Assembly (NCBI GenBank): GCA_965644295.1
Contig: CBFFRP010000434.1
Coordinates: forward strand, 62,001 to 126,000
From: Paraphysomonas bandaiensis
Lineage: Eukaryota; Protista; Chrysophyceae
Direction of reading: 5' to 3'
Length of the DNA: 64,000 nucleotides
Part shown: in pieces, positions 14,389-26,249 of the stretch
Position numbering within the stretch: the stretch's first letter is position 1
Layout: each line of letters starts with the position of its first letter
Program-made: the position numbers and the translations under genes
Notes under the pieces: generated by a model
Seen by the model: the letters and a program-made list of their open reading frames with translations, nothing else
What the model was told of the DNA's origin: nothing
Database searches by the model: none

Positions 14389-16024
14389 CTAGAGCTCTGA
14401 GAAATAAGAAATATCTCTTTTTTCAGGTGGAGGCATGCCGTTATCGGTATTAAATAATGGTGGTGTAAACAAACCTCGGGAGGAATGACTGCCACTAGAG
14501 TCGATACTGCCAACAACTCTCGGTGGAGCGCCATCTGCTATCAATTCGTTTGTCGTAATGGCCTGACACAGATAACAACTATATCACGACCGATACAAGA
14601 ATAACGTATTCATATGTACATAACCCATGCGTATCTAGTGTGTCTCTTCAATTAATACTAACCTCCCCGCTATATCTGCTTCCTCGCTTTTCCACACAAC
14701 CGTCGTGCCAGTTTGGAGGAACCGCATACACCAAATCCTATATTATCGTTAAACTTCAGACCAAATATAGAACAACAAATCAGTAATATCTAGCGTGGTG
14801 TTGAACATCACTTCCCATTCCAGACCATACCACATCAAGTGCTACACTGTGTCATGATATACGAAGGAGAACGGTGTAAGAGATGAGACAACAGTGCCAC
14901 TTACATCATACTTATACCCCCATTCATCACGATGCAACGGCTACAACGATGAGACATTTATTAAGTATTTAACAAGTGTATGTATACAATTTCTACCATG
15001 TAGTGGACAAATAGGGAAGCATAGTGGTGACCCTTCAACTTCCGTCGTCGACCATGCAAACACTTCGCACTTTCGTAAAATAACGTCTGAAACAGAAAAT
15101 TAAGAATTACAGCATCAGCGACAAAAATCAAAATCAGAGATACGAATAAGTAATAAATTGAAAAACTCAATCAGCTCACCTCTCCAACTTGTAGGTTCAT
15201 TTCTTGGATCCGTCCTGTGCTGTGGTCTTCAATTTCTATCGGCCATGGTTCACTATCATTTGAGTACGAATGACTAACATGAACTATTGCCGACACAATA
15301 ATATTCTCCACCTAGAATCGATAAAGAATGTCAAACATGTATTTACAATGAGCGAATGATATTTTTCACACAGAGTATCGAATCTTACACAGTACATGTC
15401 ACCAAAGCATACCTTGTCGTGATGCATTGCCAAGGAAGCTCCATCTCTATACGCACGAATGCCATATACTCTGACTGGAACCAGCTCTATCCCTGACCAA
15501 TTCTCCATATATGGCTTCAGCTGAACCAACACCTCCTCGCCTAGATCACGAGGGAATTGCAGGAACTTCTGACGTTTACCAGGTTCGTAATATACATCAT
15601 TTACCATCCAAGTTTCCTCCTCATATCGATCAAGTTTCGAAAGATATCTAGACAAATAGTTTGAAATAATCTTATGCACACTATGAGGAGTTTTTATGAT
15701 TTCAAAGCCTCGTGGAGTGAATGACGGTATCAGTCTCCCTTGAACGTGCTGGATCCTGCACCAAATCGTCAGTCACAGTAGATTGAGGCAATATAACACT
15801 AACCATGAATTCCACCGCTCATCCAGAGCAGGTATATCTGTCATGATGTCGTCCAGCTGTCGTCTCATGGCATCCCTGTACTCGGCAGTTTCGTTTTGCC
15901 ACACAGGAGGCCACACTCCATGCCTGCTGCGCCACTCCCTCACACGATCTTCTTCACTGATAATGAGCACCGATAGACCGCTGACTAACAGAGAATATAC
16001 GAAGATTAAAGTCAGGAAACTCAT
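14389..16024 (-). CDS. Secretory-pathway 2OG-Fe(II) oxygenase-like protein, multi-exon
   Basis: Signal peptide MSFLTLIFVYSLLVSG; YGIRAYRDGASLAMHHDK, WPIEIEDH and LFYESAKCLHGR...YASLFVHY. The predicted last exon ends ...SYFSEL* (ER-retention-like). Confidence 0.7.
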
Positions 16025-16418
16025 AGACGTAGGTAGAAATGTGTACTTAGAGATCGTGGAGTCTAGGGCCATATGTACTGAGCTGAAATATCTAGATATG
16101 TACTAGCATATCCAGCCCTACCATGCATGGTATGCTACACTCTGTACATCTGCACTCTTTGGGATCTGTTCCGAAAGTACTCCAGGTGTTAGTGTACTTG
16201 TACAAACTCTAGGAGTACATATTTACCTCATATTGGTACAGTACATAAACTGAGAGTTTTTTGTGTAGGACACTCTGAAGTGGACTCTGGACTTCGTTCA
16301 TATGACGGTGAATGAAGGTAGGTACATAGATAGATGTATGTGTAGGTAAATATACGGGTTGCTATCAGTGCTACGTGCTACTGCTATTACTCATTATTAT
16401 CCACCTCTTGTAGCCGAT

Positions 16419-19400
16419 ATGACTCGTATAGATGGCTGGTGCGAAGAGCAGAGACGTCTTCTTTTACTTGAAAGGGATGCGGAGCGAGAGCAGTTGTCCG
16501 ACAAACTATCATCTCTATCTCCTAGTGAGTGCCAGGAGCTCGGTCTGTCTCTGCTCTCTCTTCAGGTAGAGTCCTCCTTCACCTCTCTATACGGCCGGGT
16601 CAAGTACCACATACAACGCCGTGATAAAAAGGAGCTTCCGACGCACTCTTTTAAGGCGGGAGATGAGGCAGAGCTGTATTCTGCGAGGCGGAAATCTGCA
16701 GCAGTGGATTCCTCTATTGTGTCTGGAATTATATCGAGAGTATCTGCTACTTTTATAGAAATGGTTTGCGAAGATGGAGACGAGGTACTTCATCTGTTAT
16801 CTCTGGTCACTTGCAGCCTCTATATACACTGTGTATAACTATTGCACTATCTTATCAATGTTATTCTTGTGTGACGTGTAGTATGTGTCATATAGACAGA
16901 CTTGGTACCTCCCTTACGACTAGACCTTCGCTCATCCGAAGCTACACACACAAAGGTATTTGTTCCTTCAGATGTACTATTTTATCCTCACCATCTATAT
17001 CGCAGCTAATGCATGCGCTGAATGATTTGGGAAATATATCAGAGAGCCCAGCATGGCCTTTGGTGGACTTACTATTCGGTGAAGTTCCGCTACCTGAGGA
17101 TCCTGTTGTTCCTATTAGCCCATTCAACTCCAAACTCAACGAGTCCCAGGTAGACCATGGCTGATATGGTTAGTGAAATGAATGAACATTGAAAACTTAG
17201 ATACAAGCCATCGAGTACGCACTGAGTGCGAGTCGCCTGTCACTGATACACGGTCCGCCAGGTACCGGCAAGACTACTGCTGTAGTGGAATTAATTCTGC
17301 AGGTAGTTTGATCGGCCGTTAAGGCTTATTAGTTGTTTCTGCTGTACGAAATGACTATTAAAATCGTATATTTGATTATAGGCTGTAAGAAAGGGCCAGA
17401 AGTTGCTGGTATGCGCGCCTTCCAACGTCGCCATTGACAATATTCTCGAAAGACTTGTGAACCTGTCAGAGACCGCTCAAAACGATGGATCTTCACATGT
17501 CAACATAGTTCGATTAGGTATGTATCTTAGTATCAACACCTGGAGGGTAGTTTATTGTCATGATTTGTTATGTGTACAGTAGCAATGAGCTTGTGTTGGT
17601 TTTGTTCATGCTGCTGCGGCAGTGACATTGATATCTATTAAATTTTGTACATGTGATGTTGCTCAGTAGAAATAGTAGCGCGTGTGTTTTAACTGTGTGC
17701 TTGGACAGCTGGTGTTAAGTTGTAATTTGATATATGTTGCTAGGACATCCCGCAAGGATGTCTGATGCGGTACATCGCCACTGCTTGGATGCACTGGTAT
17801 CGGCTGATGAGGGTACGGAGATAGTACACGACGTTCGCAGAGACATTGATCAGGCGCGAAGGTAATTAGACAGATTGTCACGTGAATCTAAATAAAATCG
17901 AACTGATGTTGAAGTGGTGCTTGTTATACTGGTCAAATTTTTGGCCACCTGATACCCAATAATTATATTTAAGTGTCAATCAATACCAGGCAACTAATGA
18001 AAGTTAAGTCCAAGAAGGATAAAGACAAAAACAGAATGAGGGAATTACAAGTGGATATTCGCGCACTTCGGAAGGAAGTTCGTCAACGAGAGGTCTGTTC
18101 ACTTTACAGTCATGCAAGAAGATCAGTGATTTATACTATATTGACCCCAGTATTAGAGTTAATAGATTATGTCAGACGATAGTGAGATTCATTCAATCTG
18201 CAGTATTTCAAACAATCTTAAATACGAATATACTGACATGGATGTCGTAGGATAAGGTTATTAAAGGCATCATCAGCAGTCGAAATGTCGTTATGTGTAC
18301 GTGTGTTGGTGCTAGTTCAAGACTCTTAAGGGGTTGTGAATTTGATGCGGTTGTTATTGATGAAGCTGCACAGGCACTTGAAGCCTCGTGTTGGATTCCT
18401 ATGTTGCATTCCGCCAAGGTGAATGTGATGCTGTGCAGATTTATATTGATTGTTGTGTGTGTATTGTCTTCCACTGTGTCTGCCAGCTAACAAACCGCAC
18501 AGGTAATATTAGCTGGCGACCACTGTCAGCTGCCTCCAACCATCAAGTCCACTGAAGCCGAAAGATCTGGTCTTGCAGTGACTTTATTTGAACGAATAGT
18601 GAAAAATGAGCGGCTAAAGATTTGCTCTCATCTGCTGGATATTCAGTACCGTATGAACAGGTAATAGATTGTAAGCACGTGTTTGTGTTGAATGTATGTT
18701 GTTGTAGAGAAATAAGCGACTGGGCTTCACGTGCGATGTACCACGGCCGTCTGCGTCCTCACGAGAGCAATTCTGCGCATTCTCTCTTTGATTTGAAATT
18801 GTCTACACCTCAGTCTAAATGTGGAGGGAGTGCCGTACAACCTTCATCTGAAGTGAGTAGTCATTTAGGCGACCCAGATCTGGATGAATTGTCTAAGACT
18901 ATCATGCTATTGGTGGATACAGCGGGGTGTAATATGGAAGAGGAGTCTGCGCGAGGCGGGTCTCATCGTAATCCTCAGGAAGCTGAAATTGTTGTTGCCC
19001 ATGTACACCAATTATACAAATTGGGCCTGAGACCGGACCAGATCGGTGTTATCACCCCTTACAACGGTCAGATCGAAGTGCTGCGGGAGATGTTTGCCTC
19101 AAAAGCGGATACTGTTTGTGCAACGGGGGATGGCGCTGATAACGTTATAGGTGCGAGTTAGATATTGAGGGTACATGATGAAATTTGCACGATTTGTATA
19201 TTTAAGTCTCAGTAAGATATTTTGATGCCGTAGTTTAAGTGGTGCTATACATAAGTTTTGTACACCCTCTTAACTTATCTTGTAATATAGCCAAAGACAA
19301 AGGCTCTGGTTTGGAGATTCGAACTGTTGATGGTAAGTTGCTTCCCGGTGTATATTGGTGCATTTTTCAATTTTTTGACGCCGCTGGTATTCATCCAATA

Positions 19401-21157
19401 GCTAGGTTTTTATTTTGTTGGATTGTGTATATACATATAGAACTGGCGCTTGATGTGTTCTATAATGTAGGATTTCAAGGTGGCGAGAAGGAAGCCATTA
19501 TACTTTCGTTGGTGCGTTCAAATCCCAACAGAGAAGTTGGTTTCCTGGCAGAGAATAGACGGATCAACGTCGCCGTCACTCGGGCGAAGCGGCATCTGGC
19601 TGTAGTATGTGACACTGACACCTGTTCTAACGATAAGTTCATCGGCCACCTCCTGTCGCATGTGAGCGAGAGGGGCGACCATCGGAGCGCTGTTGAATAC
19701 ATGCAATCCATCCAACCAATTCCACTTCCTACTATTCCGGATGAAGTAGTATGGGAGAATGTTTCAGCATTGCCTCCCCCGTTACAATCCAATGACGATT
19801 CAGTTGCATCAGTTGCGCCGACCACCGCCGTGAAAAACCCGAAGAAGCAGCCTAAAGCTGTTGCTCCATTCGTTGGCACGAAGAAGAAACCTCAGTCTAA
19901 AGAAAACAAAAAATCTCCCCTTGTAAGTGCATCGCATGAGCCACCGATAGTGCCCAGCACTGTTGAGCAGAAAGACATATTCGCGTCACATATCCGCAAT
20001 ATGTTGCTGTACTTGGCAACACGTCGTTTAGAGGGAGGAATCATTGGAACTGGAGCGGCGAGGATATTATGTAGTAACACATCCGCTCTGATGTCGTTTC
20101 GTTCTGATACCGGTTCGAATGCTAGTGATGTATCGGTAAATGATGAGGATTGTGAAGCACCAGTGAAAGCTAGGTTGAATTTGTACTCAAGTCTAATTAC
20201 ACCCAACCCTAACATGAAGTCGAATGTCCCTTCCCATACTAGGCCCAGTGCTGAACATTTAGTGTTTCCATCGAAATTGACATCTCATCAACGGCTGGTT
20301 ATTCATACCGTGGCTGAAGAAATAAATTCGATGCCTGATAGTCTAGTTGGGGATACGCGAGGACTGTTGCTACATTCGTCTGAAGGAGAAAATGAATCCA
20401 GAAGGATTGAAGTAAAGGTTGTTTTTCCGTCTAACAAAACTGATGCCAGTGGTGGGTTGGAAAATGTAACAGGAAAGGATTTGGATCACGAGAATATATA
20501 TGGTGAAATATCTTCGGATTCTGACGATGGAATATCAATTCATGAAAAAGGAGAAGTGTCGATAGAAACACCCGACTTGTCCCGCAAACAGAATTCCAAG
20601 CCGAAGAAGAAACCAAAGAAAAAAAAATCTTCAACTGGGAGTCAGGAAGAGAAAATCGTCGCTCACTGCCGTTCAGATATGAGTGAAATGGAACTACTGG
20701 ATGCAGCCATAAAAAGCAATGAGGTTGCTAACCTGATGCTATATTAATGTATATTTGATAAAGTTGCTTAGGATTGTATTGATAGTGATTATGCACTTAT
20801 ATTTGCAAGTGGTTGCTAACAATGTGTGTCAGGATTACTCTGAGTATCGAAAATATCGCGTTGCAAGTGTCCCGATGCCGAATTATGATAAAGTGAAGGC
20901 TGCAGAGTCTTTGCGGAGGCAAATATCGCAGTCACAAAATGCCAGGTACTGCATTCCGATCGTCATATGCGAAGATCATATTGTATGCGTCTCTTTTATG
21001 ACAAAAAGAACTAAATTGCGCTGATATAATGTTGCCGTTTAGGGCTGGGGAGTCCAAGAGCAAGGAGTCAGATGCCAAGAAGAGCAGTTCTTCTAGGAAA
21101 AAAATAGTAAAGAAACCACCCAGAAATTTTGGTGGTGGTAGATTGGGTGGATCTTAG
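16419..21157 (+). CDS. IGHMBP2: SMUBP-2/IGHMBP2 (Hcs1)-type SF1 helicase with R3H domain, multi-exon
   Basis: [10 protein letters not shown]-terminus, [90 protein letters not shown]; R3H-like [15 protein letters not shown]...[13 protein letters not shown]. Confidence 0.9.
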
Positions 21158-21481
21158 ATACTCTTCTGACTGCTGTATTTTTTATTTGTTTGTGTTCTAG
21201 TAGCTGCGTGAATATCCATTGAATATATTAATATAAATTAGAAATACTTTCGCGTTTTATTTAATGTGTAAACTATATATTTTCTCGCCACCGTACATAT
21301 GTGCTAGCAACCTGTCATATATACTCCAAACAGTCGTTATGTCGTAATTGATGTATGCTTTCATCGCCAAGGAATTTTTCCTACACTTTATATCGGTAAA
21401 GAATACAGAAAATACTAGGGCTAAGTAACAATATATTGATTGGCGGACCGGCCAAGAATTTCATCAAAACTGTTTTCGTTA

Positions 21482-22140
21482 ACCCTCAACAAAGCCGGAC
21501 TCGCACTTTTTCGTGGTGTTCTGGGGGAAAGTTTCGGAGAGATTCTCTCTGCGAAACTAACGTGAGCTACAAACATAGACAGCAGATATTGTTCTGACCA
21601 CTCATAGCGAATTGCTTGTGTGGATCACAGGACACAAATATAAGTGTCACTTATGTAGACGTCTTTGGGCCTGTTAGAAAGTGACATTTTTAGTAATAAG
21701 ACCTTCGTTAACACTTATATAGAATATTATATAATTATAAGAGTTACCATACTTCATTCATTGACATTCACCAACTCTTTTTATCTCTGCTACACCAACC
21801 ATTTCTAGTACGATCTTACATCGTCACTATCTTGTACAGTCAGTATATTTCAGTTTCATCACTACAATGGCTATCATATTATTGGTTCTCATACTACAGC
21901 TAGCTACTACTGTATTCTTTGAGTAACGGATATAATTCTAATATCTTTGAAACTACAGCTTTTAATTGCTCACAAACAGCAAAACTCAACAGGGCCTTGA
22001 CAAATAAACAGACATGGGCCCACCTCAATAGCATCCGGGGTATTGGGCTGCCTACTGCAGTCAAGCATCCGGGATAGATCACCTTTAGGACAGAGTTGCA
22101 CCTTGGTGCTTGCGGTGACAAACAAGCAGCTTTCTTAAAT
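21482..22140 (+). mobile_element. Copy 1 of a ~360-bp dispersed SINE-like repeat, interrupted by a solo LTR
   Basis: 21482-21671 and 21992-22135 align collinearly with 43398-43745. Confidence 0.8.
21672..21991. mobile_element. Solo LTR (320 bp, TG...CA, 5-bp TSD GGGCC)
   Basis: GGGCC|TGTTAG...CTCAACA|GGGCC. The paralogous uninterrupted repeat at ~43581 has a single GGGCC (empty site). Confidence 0.85.
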
Positions 22141-22199
22141 ATTAATGACTACTAGTACTAAAAATGAAATCTACGGATGTGCTTACTTTCTGATCAATG

Positions 22200-22292
22200 A
22201 TACTACTATATTGCAATAATATTACCTCCATCAATAGTATTGATGGAACGCTATCAAACAATAGTATTGCAATATATTGTTACCGAACCCTG
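22200..22292. mobile_element. hAT element terminal fragment
   Basis: Ends in GTTACCGAACCCTG (reverse complement CAGGGTTCGGTAAC). 22226-22281 is a near-identical inverted match to ~47180-47236. Confidence 0.6.
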
Positions 22293-22482
22293 GATAATAT
22301 AAATAGTATTAAAACTTAAAGCAATTTTTACTTGAACCCTCAAGTCCTTTAAAATCTAAATATCGTTTCATTTAGCACGACAGCTATAAACCCGTCAGTA
22401 AAATATCTTTGTGTACTGTACTAATTAATAATAACTTCTATAATGGCCTACAAATTAGTATACATATACTGTTTAGAATTGC

Positions 22483-23814
22483 TCATATCAAATTCAATGT
22501 AAACATTTTGTTTTTATAACTATCCCTGACGAACTTAGTTAAATCATACCATAAAGCTTGAAACAAAAATGGAGTGTACCCATAGTGTGTACAGTCTGTG
22601 GACCAGCCAGTAGCACCTGACTCAGGATGCATGTCGTACAGTGGGGCCGTTACAGCAGAAGGGTCATACCATCCTATCAGCTCCATCCATTTCGGATTTA
22701 TTTTCTCGAGAGCATCTTTAAACAATACGCTATCAGGATGTTCTGTTACAGGTGATATCAATCTATCGCATATAGGAAATTTGCCGTTGCGAGCACGTTC
22801 GGATCGATATAATCCCCTGTGATTTGGAAAATGTTGGTTCAATGGCGACATAACCATTAAGGCACTGCCCTTCAATGATATTTCTTTAGCAGCGTCCAAT
22901 ATAGCACGGGCCAAGGGCAAATACTCATCAGTTGTTTTTACTATAATTGGAAGTAAAAATATATGCAGGGTATTGCCACTAACCATATTGGTGCGAATTG
23001 ACTTTCTCGTATACCAATATATACGTCTGAGTATTAAATCTTTGCGAACTGACTGATTATTATATTGATCAATATCCGGTATATTAGTCGTCATATTGTA
23101 AGTGCCTAATAACCCAGTGAAAGTTTTAGGTTTGTACATGCATACATATTGAGTCTCATCGGAAGGTGGCAACACCACATGAGCACAGGTAGCTTTTGAA
23201 CTTGAGTAATACCGAGCCGCACCATGTCGGTACGTAACACGATGACCGTGCTGGCGATGAATGCCACACAGAAGATGCTGTGCAAGCTGAATGGCCATAG
23301 AATCTCCAGCGAAAGCTCCAAACTCAAAACCTGCATTTCTCAGAGCAACTAGAAAATCCAGCTCGTAGCCGTATCGACTGGAAGGTAAATGGGCCCAGTA
23401 CTTCCACAAGGAAGTGCGGTTAGACACACTTCTGCACTTGCGTCTTGTATTTATACATACACCAGTATCAATCATTTGTTGTCTGGCTCCTAACCAGCAC
23501 CGCTTGTGCAGCGACTCATAGCTCGAGTCTACCACATGAATACATGACGGCTGCTTAAATATGCTCTCTGTGTCCTGAATGAGTCCCTCATTAGAGGCCT
23601 GCAGTAGGCACAGCTCGTATGGGTATAGAAACTTATGCAGCAGTGCGGGTGGTGCATGGGTCCAAGTGTAGGGCTCGGCGGCTGCATATGATCTGTGGGG
23701 TCTCCACCCCCCCACCTCCATGCCCCCGTCACCATCATCCACCCACACACTATCAGGGTATGCATAGGAGACGACATACATCAGATAGATGCACGCGCAT
23801 ACACACACACGCAT
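22483..23814 (-). CDS. PC-esterase/trichome-birefringence-like (SGNH-type O-acyltransferase/esterase) protein
   Basis: Long intronless ORF with a hydrophobic N-terminus, GAFAGDSM (GDS motif) and C-terminal DCTHY (DxxH motif). Start codon uncertain. Confidence 0.7.
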   Translation of the reverse strand: MRVCVCACIYLMYVVSYAYPDSVWVDDGDGGMEVGGWRPHRSYAAAEPYTWTHAPPALLHKFLYPYELCLLQASNEGLIQDTESIFKQPSCIHVVDSSYESLHKRCWLGARQQMIDTGVCINTRRKCRSVSNRTSLWKYWAHLPSSRYGYELDFLVALRNAGFEFGAFAGDSMAIQLAQHLLCGIHRQHGHRVTYRHGAARYYSSSKATCAHVVLPPSDETQYVCMYKPKTFTGLLGTYNMTTNIPDIDQYNNQSVRKDLILRRIYWYTRKSIRTNMVSGNTLHIFLLPIIVKTTDEYLPLARAILDAAKEISLKGSALMVMSPLNQHFPNHRGLYRSERARNGKFPICDRLISPVTEHPDSVLFKDALEKINPKWMELIGWYDPSAVTAPLYDMHPESGATGWSTDCTHYGYTPFLFQALWYDLTKFVRDSYKNKMFTLNLI

Positions 23815-24143
23815 TGTGTGCTGGCGATACACGGGATATATCTGCTGTGCCTGTGCGTGGAGATGCATCTATATGGCGTGCCTCAGAAGCATGACGTGAC
23901 CAGATACTCCTGCGCTGTACCGATGGGTGTACCATGCTGTACGTGTGTATTGAACTGCACTGCTGTACATCAGTACACCCCAGAATATCATGGTACTTCT
24001 GTACAGCTGCGGATGTACCATTGCACGATAGTAGTACAGTACGGTCCAGTAACGGTGAGAGCATGGACAATTGCATGTATATACACAGCGGTGTACATGG
24101 TGACGCCTGTCTGTCATATCCTCATTCTAGGACAATTTGAAGA

Positions 24144-24917
24144 ATGAATGCTTACCCTTTTGCAAACCCGGACCCGAGTGACCTGAGCAGGTACTCAGTG
24201 AGTGTATTTAAAGCATCTAAGGCGCAGGATTTAATAAAAGACTCTCTGTCGGTATGTGAGAGTGTTTGCTCATCACTTGTCGTGCTCTCGTAACGGTTAG
24301 TCGCAGTGCTTTCTAGAATGGCCATTTGAGGTGCTGTGTTTCTGTTTGAAGTACATCGAAGAGTTTTATGGGGCCAAGTACAATGAGATGATATTTACGG
24401 ACTGTATGGGCATCGGCATGCAGGCAGCTGTCATTGCTTCTACATTCTCGTTCAAGGAAGTTATTACCATTGAGTTATCTGAGGAGGATACCAAGCGCAC
24501 ACAGAAAATTATTAAAGAATGTGCGGTTGACTTACCCAGCATAGTGGTGAGAGTGGGTAGAGTACAGGTAAATGCGATGTGGCAACTGCATCGAACCAAT
24601 CTCTGATTCTAGATGTTTGATGTGATTCTAATCAGTTATCTTTGTCAACTTTTGTTGAATTAACCACCTGCTTCTAGGATTACTTTGTAGTCAACGCTGA
24701 CATTGTCTATATGGATTGCAACATATTAGGACCTCTACTGGATGAAGGAATATTCTTAAAAATATTTTTTCGTTGCTGTGAAAACTTGCAATATGGAACG
24801 TTTCTGATACTGCTGACTAGATATTCGAACCATGAGTTTGAGAAGAATGGGTTTGAGCTGTTGTTGCACAAACAGAGTAGGTTGTATAATAGTATGTGGA
24901 TTTGTAGAAAGCTGTAA
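24144..24917 (+). CDS. Small protein with degenerate class I SAM-methyltransferase-like fold, 3 exons
   Basis: MNAYPFANPDP... spliced to IFTDCMGIGMQAAVIAS-FSFKEVITIELSE...GRVQ|DYFVVNADIVYMDC...LQYGTFLILLT, consistent with Rossmann MTase strand order. Motif I is atypical. Confidence 0.5.
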
Positions 24918-26138
24918 GTGTTGTAATAATAGTAGCACAACGAAGTGTCACAAATGGATATGTAATGTACAATGTCGCCATTGTTGTCAAACTATACGCT
25001 CAAGTAAGGGTGAACTTTTAGCATAAAGTATCTATTTTAATGCATTCGAACCGCCAATGGCTGGCGTAAATAATGTTGTGAAGGTGAATCAGCTGGATGA
25101 GAAGATCTGTATATCCTAAATGTGTACAATCATATTCGTTTCGCCTGAAAATCATTTCCTTTCTGTCGTATGATGTCTAAAAGAACTCACCATAGAGGGT
25201 ATAGTGTACTACCTTTAATGCATGAAATATTCCGTATGTTCTAGCAGGCTACTATATCGTTTATTCTGAATACTGAATATATTTTGAGAGTGCAGGTACT
25301 AAAAGACCCTTGTAAATTTATTACAGTAGAAGCAAGATGGCACGATAAATGGCTTGCAATATCTAATCATACTTAGATCGAAAAGAGAACCCATGCATGC
25401 TTTAGCTACAGGTTAGTCATGAGCAACATCGATAACACCATTGTCAACGCATTGATCCAGTCAACGCATCAGATAATACCAAATCCTTAATATTTCACAT
25501 ACCGGGGCTAGAATATCGTTTTATTTTGAATATATATACTTTTAAGATTTCGCTCTATACAAAAGTAGCCGTGAAGATTCAAACGTGAATAGTACTACTA
25601 ACACTTCACAAAACGCATACTGTAGTAGTTAGAACTGGAAGTAAAAGTTAAAGATTCAGCGAATAAGAACATCTGGACTTATCATAAAATGTGACTGATC
25701 GATGTCAAAGCAAATATCCATACCTTGTCATAATAATAGTTCATGCAATAAACTTAAACGATACTACCCCACTGAGTAACCTATTCAAAAAGAGTGAACA
25801 GAACAAGTTCCTAGTCAATAAAATAAGTATAATATGCTAGATCTATAGTTATAGGAACGATGACTCAAAAACGTAATCATAACATCTGGTGGCTGGCGGA
25901 ACACAGTAACACATATATATATCCATGACCACAGATACATCAACATGTCACCCATACATTCCCTGCAATGTGGATGTATAATATAAATAATGCTCAGACA
26001 TCCAAGGAAGTTTAAGCCCCATATCACTGTGGCTGGCGGCACACAGTAATGGTCGGCGGTCACTGCGTATGATGTTCCACAGATACATCAACATGTCACC
26101 CATACATTCCCTGCAATGTGGATGTATAATATAAATAA

Positions 26139-26249
26139 TGCTCAGACATCCAAGGAAGTTTAAGCCCCATATCACTGTGGCTGGCGGCACACAGTAATGG
26201 TCGACGGTCACTGCGTATGGTTCGGGGTTACCCGGTTATCATCATAGCA
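26139..26249 (-). ncRNA. U14: U14 snoRNA, 3'-most complete copy (CCGTCG variant)
   Basis: Same boxes and guide domains; one substitution downstream of domain A. Confidence 0.92.
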
